A DNA stretch of 64,000 nucleotides from Cetorhinus maximus (Eukaryota). Below the pieces are notes generated by a model. It was given only the letters and a program-made list of their open reading frames with translations. It was not told where the DNA came from and did not search any database. The DNA lies in NCBI RefSeq assembly GCF_964194155.1, contig NC_135901.1, positions 22,444,001-22,508,000 on the forward strand, written 5' to 3'. Below are positions 49,340 to 60,634 of this stretch, piece by piece (position 1 is the first letter of the stretch; every line of letters begins with the position of its first letter). The position numbers and the translations under genes are program-made.

Positions 49340-50510
49340 CTGCCAAACCCATCACACCATTCCTTTCCTCACTCCCAGTTTTATCCCTCTCTGTACTCTG
49401 GCTGGGTTCCGTTCTCAAATACCTGTGTGGAAAGTGAGAATATCATCAATGAATCGATCATTTTCTCTCCTGGTCACTGGGACCCTGAAGCCCCGCCCAC
49501 TCTCTGATGTTTCGCCAAGATGGCCGCACAGAAAGTTGAAAGTCCCAGAGCTGCAAACACGGGACCTGCAGGTTCTTGTTAGGGGTTTGGGGCCTCCAGC
49601 GAGTGTTTCTGAATCCTTCCCTCCCACAGATCAGATTCCTCATTGATTGGAGCCCAAAGTGTAACCTCTTATTTATTGTCCCCCCTCTCCCATCCTCTGA
49701 TGTGAACCATCCTCCACTCGCTGACCCAGGATGGTGGCCGTTTACCTGGGCCTGTTCCCGGGAGGGAGAAGCCCCGCAGCTGCAAACCAGGAGCTGATAA
49801 TTATTCATAACGGTTACTCCAGCTCACAATACCCGGGGAGTGATTGACGGGACGGACGGACCAATAGGAAGAGTAGATGGGGCTGGAGGACCGAACGAGA
49901 GAGCCTGGTCCTCCAACCAATCGGAGAGAATGAGGGGCGGGGTTGAGTCATTGTCTCCGCAGGCTCCCAGCTGCACATTGTCCCCGATAAAGGTAGCGGC
50001 CGTTAACCGGGGCCTGTGTCGGGGTAAAGCCCGAGCAGTTGTAGCCGGTTCAAATCATACACGAGCTTCGGATTCGGGACTTGCAGCCTAGACGAGGTGT
50101 TTATGAATCCTCCCAACCCACCCGCCGATTCCTTCCCTCCTTCATGACCCAGCCGGCGATAACTCACCGGCTGAGAATTTCGATACAACCATCTCAGTTC
50201 ATCACCATCATCGGCAGTGCGCATGCTCTAGCTCACACTGCTCGGCTGATTGGCAGCAGCTCCGGACCAATAGGTAGAGGGGACGGGGCTGGAGGACTGC
50301 GTGCAATGGAGTGAGCGGCTGGTCCTCCGACCAATCGGAATGAATGAGGGTCGGGGCTGAGCCCGGATCTCCTTCATTGGCTGAGACTCTGCATCATTTT
50401 GGAAGCTGATTTGTCTCAAACTCCAGGAGAAAAGTGGACCTTTCTGTTTGTGGCTTGAAACAGATGAAACCCTGTGGGTGTGGAGCAAAAATTTCAACAT
50501 TTGTTAGTGA
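49340..50510 (-). promoter_or_regulatory. CpG promoter and 5' modules of A4 (CCAAT/GC block duplicated)
   Basis: 50230-50510 is the reverse complement of 3670-3950. A second CCAAT/GC block lies at 49840-49945, and aagatggccg at ~49517. Confidence 0.7.
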
Positions 50511-50784
50511 ACTGATGGGAACATGATGAAACATGCAGAACTAATTCAAGGGCTGACTTCAAGGAATAACTGGGCAAGCAGGGAATGTCACTATTAGAGC
50601 AAGGAGAATCCCTGTTTTCAATAAATGAACAGCAGAAGGGTTAGGACAGGTTAGGGAGAAGGTTCATACTGTTCATATATATACAGCAACAACTGGTATC
50701 GAAGACAATCTCTTGCAGTTTGTGTGCATGGGGTGTGGGTGCTCAATCAGGTTTAACGGGGTTAAATGATATATGTTTCCTTGA

Positions 50785-50885
50785 CAAAAACAAAAATTGC
50801 TAGAAAAACTCAGCAGGCCTGACAGCATCTGTGGAGAGAAAGATAGAGTTAACGTTTCGAGTCCATGTGACTCTTCTTCAGAACT
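50785..50885 (-). mobile_element. Penelope-like tail carrying the best-preserved minimal hammerhead core
   Basis: agtt-ctgaaga-a-gagtc-acatg-gactc-gaaac-gtt-aact (50847-50885). Confidence 0.75.
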
Positions 50886-50899
50886 TGTTTCCTAAATTG

Positions 50900-51840
50900 G
50901 ACAATCACATTAAAATGTTGAACTCAGATGGGAATATGTATTGGTGTGAGGTGGGAAGATCTGGTTCCACGTACTCCTTATGGCAAGCCTTAAAATCAAA
51001 GTGACAGTATTTCAGAACTGATTCCTGTGTTAGCAGCTATCCCCTTGCTAACTGTTGGTAAGACCAATGGAAGTCTTTAAAGTAAAGTGGAGACCATAGA
51101 TGAGTTGGAGGATGATGTATACAAGGAATTTGTAAACTAACTGAGGATGATAGTGAGGGGAAAGGAAGGGATCTGGAAAGTAGCAGACAGTTTATGTTGT
51201 TCCAGGAGAAGTGGGGCCTGGTTGTGTAGATGTCAGGTTTTACACAGCACACGGTCAGCCTATAGCGTCACTCTGGATGAAGAATCTCTGAATGGTACCA
51301 TTCAAATCATTCAGTGAGATTCTAGGAGAACTAACATTGTCTGCTCAGAGAGGGGAAGGTTTGTTTTACAGTTAATGAGAAACAGCACACACGCTCACAG
51401 ACACCCACACACAGAAACCTGCACACAGGCACACATATACCCATAACACACAACCACACACTCAAACACAGAGACCCACATTCACACTCACACAGGCATA
51501 GATTATCCTCCAGTGATTCTGAGTGGTTTTGGCCATACAATTTCACGGTTTTCTCTGAAGCTTAAATCAATATTGAACAACATCTGGGACGCAGGAAACA
51601 ACAAGCAATAACATTTGAGTGATCTATTGTCACCCTGGGTGATCATCCCTGGTTGGAGATAGGGTAAAATACAGAAGAACATCCCTGGATAATCACAGCA
51701 TCTACTTTCCTCCTAGCATTACAGATGATGCTAATTCCTCTTCTATTGATGGTCTGCGGGATGGAAAGAATTCTAAGACAGGTTACAAGGAGAAAGAATA
51801 TAATGGAAATGTTTGCACTGACCAGAGAAAAGCTTTGAAG
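50900..51840 (+). mobile_element. Degenerate env-like relic, copy 3
   Basis: From 51623: SIVTLGDHPWLEIG*NTEEHPWIITASTFLLALQMMLIPLLLMVCGMERILRQVTRRK, i.e. a hydrophobic helix followed by a basic tail. Confidence 0.45.
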
Positions 51841-52241
51841 CTACAAAAGGAAGAATCTTCTTGAGCCTCGAGGTGGGGAATGTAGACAGTGGGAGGCCAG
51901 GTGAGGAAGACTCGAATAATTCTAATAACTCTATTAAACATTTCTCATAGTACAGACACTTACACACATTAAACTAAGAATCTGCAATAGAAGTAGGCTC
52001 TAGGAGGTCATACTGAGGATAAGATTAGAGCCTGTGAACAGACACCAGTACATTAATGATCTGGAAGAACAGACAACATATGTTCTCGGCACCGAGCCAG
52101 AGGGTCAGGAGATGAACTGAATACAAAGACATTATTAAGTCTCTCAGAACGAGATCAGATGTTCAGGTAGAAACCATGAGAAGAGCAATGACGATATCGC
52201 ACATATTCACTAACGAGGATTACATCATTTACGAGATGAAA

Positions 52242-53185
52242 TGTTATGATATGGCAGGTGGTATTTGCCAGACTGACTAAATACACAAGGGAACCTTGGC
52301 CACACTAGCACAATGGTTTTGCAATTTGTATTTATTACCAGAAGATTTGTGCACTGATTCAGAAGTGATACGTCCACTGACAGCTTTAGAGATTTTGGAA
52401 ATCAAATTAAAACATTTATTAACAAAAGAAAAGAGTAAATCACATACACAAGATTACAGTTACATGGATACTTCATATTATAACAATTTCCAAAGTTCCT
52501 AGTTAACCAGACTCCAGATTCCTAGTTAACCAGACACCCCCTTTAAGGCAACAGTCCAAAATAGATTTTAAATTTATTGTGACAATCCAGCAAGGTTACC
52601 CACTCAACAGTGGTGTTCCAAAGGCTTTTAACACAACTTTGGCTACAGGAACACTTTCTGCAAAGTGGCTAGAGGCTTTTCTCCAAGTTGGTTTTACACT
52701 TGTACCTTTCAGATATTACACGGCCACCCCACACACAGCCTTTCCTCCTTCTTTAAATATATTTCTTCCTCTTTAATCTCTAAACCCCATTGTTCCTTCA
52801 TGTCTTTGGCATTTACTTTTTCCATAATATGAAAATCTTTTATGTTGTCAATATGGCCAACACTTCTGGGAAAACTCAACATAATAACCTGCCTTATTTA
52901 TTTTGTTAGTTGTCAACATCTCATCATGTATTTTTGAAAACCAAACACCACTGCACATATCTTAAAATGCAAATTCCATCTGCCAAGGCTTTACCCTATT
53001 TCATTCATTAGCATTTCACATGCCCTTTTTATATGTGACTCCTTTGATAATTTGAACGTTGCAGTCTATCCATCTCTAATTTAATTAAATCAGCCACGCA
53101 GACAGAACCATCCACACATACAAACATAAGCCTACTTCACAATACCCCACAATAATATTATGAAAAATATGATAGTTTCGTGACA
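52242..53185 (-). mobile_element. Solo LTR-like element (944 bp)
   Basis: TG...CA ends with an imperfect inverted repeat (tgttatga / tcgtgaca) and minus-strand AATAAA at ~52415. Absent from the paralogous segment at ~43350. No clear TSD. Confidence 0.65.
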
Positions 53186-53619
53186 TATTTAAAGGGTTAC
53201 TGTATTCTGTTTGATAAACAAATAACCAGAATGTGTTGACAAGTTATCATCAAGTTAGCGAAACGTTACTAAAGTCAAAAAGGATCAATACACAAAAGCT
53301 TGGAGTTGTTGACAATGTCTACCTTCAATCAGACTGATCAGATTCGAATAATGTGCTCACAACTCTTTCTGATGAGTCCTCCAGTGAGTATCCAGTAATC
53401 TCATGGTCTCTGTGTGTAACGGGTTATGTACTAGAAAAAAATAACATTAAACCAATGTCTCAGTGTTCCCTAGTTTCCGAGCTTGTTTAAAGGGAGACAG
53501 ATAATTCTGTAAAAACACAAAATGCATTTAGCTTTTAGGGAGCAACACTCTAACAATTTGAAATGAATTCCAGGATCTCTGTTAAGTACAATATCCATTA
53601 TCAGGAAATGTGTTTCCAG

Positions 53620-54591
53620 ACAGGAAGCAGGTGAATAGCCTCATTCCACTTTGTCATTGACATTTTTACAGTTTTCATGATGATCAAATCCCTTTACAAG
53701 GAGATATACACACACACACACACACAGAAACATCCACTATTCAGTGTGAACTCACTGATGAGTCAGAAGTTTAAACGACTGAGTGAATCCCTTCCCACAC
53801 AAGGAGCAGGTGAACAGCCTCAGCCCAGTGTGAATTTGCTGCTCTGTCCAGAGATTGGATGAATTAATGAATCCAATCTTACGTTCATATCACCTGCACA
53901 GTCTTTTCCCAGTGAGAACATGTTGGTGATTCATCAGGTCAGTTGATTCCGTGAAACTCTTTCGAGTTATCAACAGTCACAGATTGCAACTCTTTCGAGT
54001 ACAATCACAGTTCTTGGTTTCCGGGAGTGGGACATGAACCCACAACCCTCTGATTCAAAGGCGAGGGTGCTATGAACTGAGCCACAGCTGACACCTCTAA
54101 GATAATGAGAGAAGGTGGTGTAAGTAATTTGAGATCCAATTAAGTTAACCAATTGTCATGTTACAACAAGCCCCACTCAGAGCAGGCAAATGGCGTCTCG
54201 CCAGTGTGAACTCTCTGGTGTGTCAGCAAGTTAGATGACTTAATGAATCCCTACCCACAATCGGAGCAAGTGAATGACTGTCCATCAGCAGGCTGTATGA
54301 CTGAGTGAATCCCCACCCACACGTGGAGCAGGTGATTGGTCTCTCTCCAGTGAGAACGTGCTGGTATTTGAGAAGGGTGCATGTCTGATCAACTCTCTTC
54401 CCACATCCTGAGCATGGGACAGCCTCTCCCCAATGTGACTGCGCTGGTGGACAGTGAAATGAGATGACTGCCTGAACTCAGTCCCACAGTGGGAGCACTT
54501 GCAAGGTTTCATATCAGTGAGCATTTTGGTGGAACATCAGGTCTCCAGAGCTTTTATAGCACTTCCTGCAGCCTGGGCATTTAAAAGGTCT
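53620..54591 (-). pseudogene. Decayed zinc fingers now in the 3' UTR of B4
   Basis: After the TAG the array continues (RPFKCPGCRKCYKSSGDLMFH..., KCSHCGTEFRQSSH...) with stops, frameshifts and insertions. Confidence 0.8.
54020..54095 (-). mobile_element. tRNA-derived SINE head
   Basis: gtgtcagctgtggctcagttcatagcac...gggttcatgtcccactcc (A-box- and B-box-like). Confidence 0.6.
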
Positions 54592-55632
54592 CTAGTCAGT
54601 GTGAACCTGTTGGTGTTTCAGTAAATTGGATGAGGTAGTGAATCCCTTCCCACAATTGCAGCAGGTGAATGGCCTCTCCCCAGTGTGAACTCGCTGGTGG
54701 GTCAGCAAGTGTGATAAGCAAGTGAATCCTTTCCCACACACAGAGCAGGTGAATGGCCTCTCCCCAGTGTGAATTCGTTGGTGCATCAGCAGGCGGGATG
54801 AAATACTGAATCCCTTCCCACATTCAGAGCAGGTGAAAGGACTCTCCCCAGTGTGACTGTGCTGATGTACAGTGAGTTCAAATGATCGCCTGAACCCAGT
54901 GCCACATTGAAAGCACCTGAACGGTCTCTCATCAGTGTGAACACGTTGATGGGACATCAGTTCCCCAGAACTTTTATAGCACTTCACGCAGTCTGGGCAT
55001 TTAAAAGGTCTCTCAGCAGTGTGAACTCGCTGGTGCGTCAGCAGGCGTGATGAACATGTGAATCCCTTCCCACACTTGGAGCAGGTGAATGGCCTCTCCC
55101 CAGTGTGACTGCACTGGTGAGTGAGCAGGTGGGATGACTGAGTGAATCCCTTCCCACAGTCAGAGCAACTGAACGGTCTCTCCCCAGTGTGAGTGCGCTG
55201 GTGGGCTCGCAGTTGGGATGACTGAGTGAATCCCTTCCCACAGTCAGAGCAGATGAATGGCCTCTCCCCAGTGTGAATTCGCTGGTGTGTCAGCAGGTGA
55301 AATGAGGTAGTGAATCCTTTCCCACACTTGGAGCAGGTGAATGGTCTCTCCCCATTGTGATCTCGCTGGTGTTTCAGCAAGCTGGATGAGTGAGTGAATC
55401 TCTTCCCACACTCAGAGCAGGTGAACGGCTTCTCCCCAGTGTGAGTGCATCGATGAGTTTCCAGGTCAGACGGGTAATTGAATCCCCTCCCACAGTCCTC
55501 ACATTTCCATAGTTTCTCCATTGTATGACTGCACTTGTGTTTCGACAGGCCAGATGATCGGCTGAAGCCTCGTCCACACACAGAACATGTGTACAGTTTA
55601 TCTCCACTGTGAACGGTGCTTTTTCCTTCCAT
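54592..55632 (-). CDS. Tandem C2H2 zinc-finger protein B4 (12 fingers)
   Basis: Intact ORF from the ATG at 55632. Terminates at GAG>TAG inside a TDERP linker. Confidence 0.88.
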   Translation of the reverse strand: MEGKSTVHSGDKLYTCSVCGRGFSRSSGLSKHKCSHTMEKLWKCEDCGRGFNYPSDLETHRCTHTGEKPFTCSECGKRFTHSSSLLKHQRDHNGERPFTCSKCGKGFTTSFHLLTHQRIHTGERPFICSDCGKGFTQSSQLRAHQRTHTGERPFSCSDCGKGFTQSSHLLTHQCSHTGERPFTCSKCGKGFTCSSRLLTHQRVHTAERPFKCPDCVKCYKSSGELMSHQRVHTDERPFRCFQCGTGFRRSFELTVHQHSHTGESPFTCSECGKGFSISSRLLMHQRIHTGERPFTCSVCGKGFTCLSHLLTHQRVHTGERPFTCCNCGKGFTTSSNLLKHQQVHTD

Positions 55633-55979
55633 GTTCAAAATCAAATGATATTCCCGTTATGATAAATTTGAAGGCTGCATCAGATCCTGATGTGATGTTT
55701 GGTTTGAGTTTCCTCACTGCAAATCCTTCCCTTCTAGCACCCTGTGAAATTAATTTAAAATAGAAAAAAGACAGTGAGAGAGAACCTACAAAAGCACAAA
55801 GAGAGAAATAGAGTGAGAGAGAGGGATGGAGCAGCAGGGGGCAAGGAGAAGGATTTTAAATATTTACAACTTGACCAGAACTTTGACAGAACCTGCCAAA
55901 CTTTCAAACTCCACCACCCAGAAGGACCAGGGTAACAGGTGTATGTGAACACCATCACCTACAAGTCACTCACGGTCTT

Positions 55980-56990
55980 GACTTGTCTGACATCCAGTAA
56001 TGGATGAACAAAAATTTACTCCATTAAAATATTGGGAAGCCCAAAGCCTCTGTCTTCAGTCCTCACTACAAACTCCATTTCCAACCACCGACTCCATCCT
56101 GCTCCCTGGAACTGTGTGAGGCTGAATCAGACTGTTCACAACCTCGGTGTCATATTTCACCCAAAGATGAGCTTTCAACCACATATCCACATCACCAAAA
56201 CCGCCTATTTTCACCTCAGTAACATTGCCCGACTCTATCCTAGTTTCAGCTCATCTGCTGCTGAAACCGTCACCCATTCCTTTGTTACCTCTAGGCTTAA
56301 CTATCCTAATGTACTCCCAGGCAGCCTCCCACATTCAACTTCCTCTAATGTTGAGCTCACCCAGAGCTCCATTGCCATGTGCTTCCTTGCACCAAGTCAT
56401 ATATGTCCATCACCCCTATGCTCACTGACTTACAAAAGCTCCCATTTAATAAGTACCTACATTTTTAAATTCTCATGCACGTTTTCAATTTCCTCCATGC
56501 TCCCTATCTTTGTAATCTCCTCCATGCTCTTGTCCCTCCCTGTCTCTGTAATCTCCTCCATACTCTTGTCCATCCCTGGCTCTGTAATCTCCTCCACACT
56601 CCTGTCCGTCCCTGTGTCTGTAATCCCCTCCATGCTCTTGTCCCTCACTGTCTCTCTAATCTCCTCCAGTCACACAATCCTCTGAAATATCTGCGCCCTT
56701 ATAATTCCAGCCTGCTGACCACTCCTGATTTTAATCGCTCCACTGTTGGTGGCCCTTCTTTCAGTTGCCAAGGCCACAAGCTCTTGAATTTCCTCCTTAA
56801 ACCTCTCCGTCCCTCTACCTCGCTTTCCTCCTTTATAATACTCCTTAAAACCTACCTCTGACCAAGCTTTTGGTCACTTGCCCTAATATCGCCTTATGTG
56901 GCTCGTTGTCAAATGTTCTTTTGTAAAATTTATGTGAAACATCTTGGAACATTGTATTGCATCAAAAGCACGACATAAGTACAAATTAGT
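55980..56990 (+). mobile_element. L2 3' fragment in the B4 intron
   Basis: LNQTVHNLGVIF...ITKTAYFHLSNIARL...HSFVTSRLNY. Confidence 0.85.
56490..56670. repeat. 36-bp tandem repeat (~5 copies) inside L2
   Basis: tgtaatctcctccatgctcttgtccctccctgtctc starting at 56511, 56547, 56583, 56619 and 56655. Confidence 0.9.
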
Positions 56991-57928
56991 ATTGTTGACT
57001 TGGACATATATGGCCTTCATCATCACTGGGTAAATAACCTGTAACTCCTTATCTAACATCTTTGTGGGAGCACCTTCGCCACACGGACTGCAGCGGTTCA
57101 AGAAGGTCAAACCTCAGCTTCTCCACAGGCAACTGGGGATTTGTAATATCTGCTGCTGGTCCTGTTGGTGAAAGGACAGGGGCATGGGACTAGCTGATTT
57201 GCCCTTGTCAAGAGCCAGCCTGAGCACAACGTGCTAAATAGTCTTCTTCTGTATTGTAATCACTCAATGATTCTATGACTCAATGAAAAAGAACCCACGC
57301 TGGAGGCCAGAAATCAACTTCTGCCACCAAAGCCCACCGTGATGCAACCCAGCTCTTAATCAGTCTGTCTGTGTTTCCAGACTTGGTTCTCTGAGTGATG
57401 CCTGGAATAAAATAATAGCAAAATACTGCAGCTGCTGGAAATCTGAAATAAAAATAAAAAACGCCGGGAATACTCAGCAGGTCGGGCAATTTCTTTGGAG
57501 CGAGAAACAGCATTAACATTTCAGGATGCGCAGAATGAATTACGGGGAATAAAAATGGTGCAGAATTTGACGGGCAGTATTAGGTCATAAGTGGAAGAGA
57601 AATGGACAATAGCGCAGGTTAAACAAGACGTGACGATGAAAGATCATGTGGGAAGATGGAATGGTTGGGGGATGGGCAGCAGTGGAACCTCATTTAAACA
57701 TAGTCAATGGAAGTAACTGTAAAATACTAAACATAACTACAATACATTCATTATCAGAGGCAGAGGAAGTTAGATAATGGCAGAGAGGTGATCAGGGAGG
57801 GCAGAGGTGAAATAGACCAATGGATGGACATGGGTTCAGTTCCACTGAAAAGGAGCCAAACTAGCCCCAGAGATGTGGAACTTCATACAAATAACAGAGC
57901 ATAGAACTAAAAGCTCTAAATTGCAGAT

Positions 57929-58184
57929 CTTCTTATTGTGTCCACGAACAGTCTATACATGGCCCAGCCAGAACTGGACACATTTTTGCACCTTGTTGTT
58001 GAACTCGGCAAGATCTGCAACAGTGTAGGGTTCCTCTAGTGATAGGCATTGCAGGAGATGTTGCATAGTCTGTGGCTCAGTTCCACATTCACAAGTTGTC
58101 GGGCTGGTTGTATATCCCCATTTGCTTAGTGACACCTTTGAACAACCTACACTAGTCCTAAGTTGGTTAAGGCACTTCCAGGTT
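57929..58184 (-). mobile_element. Vingi/Ingi-like LINE 3' end with 10-bp TSD
   Basis: WKCLNQLRTSVG...KWGY...CECGTEPQTMQHLLQC. TSD aattgcagat at 57919-57928 and 58185-58194. Confidence 0.75.
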
Positions 58185-58755
58185 AATTGCAGATGAATGG
58201 TCAGAAATACCACTGAAACAATTTCAGTTTTCAATTTTAAAATCCCCTGCTGTAGCCTGTAGGTGGCAAGATATCAGAAGCACTGGAGTCCGAGAAAAAT
58301 CTCAGTTGAGGAAATACCCACGAACTCCAGCCGGAAAAAACATCTATTAACCACTACTGTTTGTTACCTGTCACTCAGCCAATTCCGTATCCTTGTCGTT
58401 CGTGTCCCTTTTATTCCATGAGCTAGAAGTTTGCTCTCAGCTTAAAGTCTGTTGTGTGACACTGTATCAAATGTCTTTTGGAAATCCACGTATATCACAT
58501 CATTGCTCACATTAACCCTCTCTGTTACCAATTCAAAAAACTCCCACAAGTTAGTTAATTATGATATTAAACAGTCTCCCCTCCTGCTTCCTGTAAAGTT
58601 AATGATGATTTTTTTTATAAACAAATGCATCAGTGTCAATCCAGGATAGAAATTCACACCATTCCCTCCTCCTGCTCCAGGATCAGTAAAGTTAGTTAAA
58701 GATGATTTCTCATTAACAAATCCATTGCTGCATTTCCTTCCTTTACCCACATTTG

Positions 58756-58891
58756 ATAAAAGCAAAAAACTGCGGATGCTGGAAATCCAAAACAAAAACA
58801 AAAATACCTGGAAAAACTCAGCAGGTCTGGCAGCATCTCCGGAGAGGAACACAGGTTAACGTTTCGAGTCCGTATGACTCTTCAGCAGAAC
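58756..58891 (-). mobile_element. Penelope-like tail with hammerhead motif
   Basis: gtt-ctgctga-a-gagtc-atacg-gactc-gaaac-gtt-aac (58854-58891). Confidence 0.75.
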
Positions 58892-58899
58892 GAAGTAAA

Positions 58900-59400
58900 A
58901 ATCCACTCGGGCCTGGCACCGGGAGAAAGTCCGCAGCTGCCGTTCCGTTCGGTGCAAAGGCACTTTCTTATTGGGGGCGTTGAGGCCTCCACTGGGTATT
59001 TGTGAAGCCTCCCCTCCCACCCACTACCCCTAACGCTGCCTCCGCTTATCCGCCTCCTTCCCGCCTGAAGATGAAGCAAACAAGCGTCTGTCCCTGGACA
59101 TCACCCGCACTGCGCATGCTCCAGATCACAAAGACAGGGGAGTGATTGACGGCAGCTCAGGACCAATAGGAAGAAGGGGCGGGACTGGAGGACCGAGCGG
59201 GAGAGCTGGTCATCCAACCAATCGGAGTGAATGAGGGGCGGGGCTGATCCCGGATCTCCCTCATTGGTTGAAACGCTGCATCATTTTTAAAGCTGATTTG
59301 TCTTAAACTCCAGGAGAAAACTGGACCTTTCTGTTTGTGGCTTTAACCAGATGAAACCCTGTGGGTGTGGAGCAAACATTTCAACATTTATTAGTGAAAT
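58900..59400 (-). promoter_or_regulatory. CpG promoter of B4
   Basis: tgcgcatgc (~59111), ccaat (twice) and ggggcggg (twice). 59220-59400 is the reverse complement of 3670-3845. Confidence 0.7.
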
Positions 59401-59469
59401 GGATTCATTCAGGACAGACAGCAGGGATGATTTATTTGCAGTGTAGTGAGAAAGGGAGAAAATGACCAC

Positions 59470-60440
59470 GAACTGAATAATCACTAACAGGATATTCATC
59501 TCCTCTCTCCGCAGCAGATGAGCAGTGGGTGGAGACAAGTAACGTTATGGAGGTGGAGATATGTGGTATTTGTGATGGTGTGGATAAGTGGTGGGAAAGT
59601 CATCTTGGGATCAAATAGACATCAAGATTCTGAACAGTGTGATTCAGCCTCAAGACAGTTCCTAGAGAGGGATGGACTTGGTCGTTAGGGAACAGAATTT
59701 GTAGTGGTGACTGTAGACAATAGCTTTGGTCTTCCCAATTGTTAATCGGAGGAAATTTCTGCTCATCCAGTACTGGATGTTGGATAATCGGTTTGATAAT
59801 TAAGTAACAGTGGAGGAATGAAGAGGGATGGTGCTGAAGTAGAGCTGGGCATTGTCAGTGTTCATGTGAAAACTAACAAGGTGCTTTTGGGTGGTGTCGC
59901 CTAGTGGCAGCATGTAGATGAGAAATAGGAGGGACCAAGTCTCGATCCTTGGGGGACACCAAGTTCAAGGTCCTTGCAGAGGAAAAGCAGGTTGGAGATG
60001 GGGCAGTAGTTTGCAAGGATGGTGGGGGTCAAGGGTTGCTTTTTTTCAGGATGGTGATGATGGTGGATTTAGAGGTGAGAGGGACAATATCAAAAGAGAG
60101 AGACAACCATAAACAGTATTAGCTAAAATGGGGAAAATGGAGCGTCAGCAGTGTAGTGTGATTAGGAGTGAGGGACTAGGAGGTAGGTCTCATGGATAAG
60201 ATGAGCTCTGACGGGTGTTGATGGGAGATAGGAGAGAAACGGGGGAAAGATGCAAGTTCAGTGCTAAGACAAGGAGGAACTTTGGAGACAGTTTGGCCCG
60301 GTGGGATAGTGGAAGGGAGGGAAACAGCAGATGCAGCTGATCAGATTGTCCGAATCTTAGTGATGGAGAAGCTCCATGAGCTCCTCACACTTATTGTTCG
60401 AGGTGAGGATGAAGGAGATGGGGAGAGGGAGAGCATTTCA
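59470..60440 (-). mobile_element. L2 fragment downstream of B5psi
   Basis: Same 5' junction as the L2 after B1, B2 and B3 (caataagtgtgaggagctcatggagcttct). Confidence 0.75.
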
Positions 60441-60634
60441 AAAGAAACTAACTTGTGTTGAGATAGTAAAATGATTTGCCACACTGTGTTTAACACAAAA
60501 TGAATATATTTCACTTTTATCCAGAATATTAACCCCAATAACTGGGCTAGAGTTTATTAACATCAGCAAAAATAGACTACAATGAACATGGTTCAGTCCT
60601 GAATATGATTAACAGCAGAATCCAACCCCTGCAG

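Noticed and set aside
54020-54095. tRNA gene (also 17215-17305)
   Set aside because: Only A/B-box-like SINE heads are present, with degraded stems and no intact cloverleaf.
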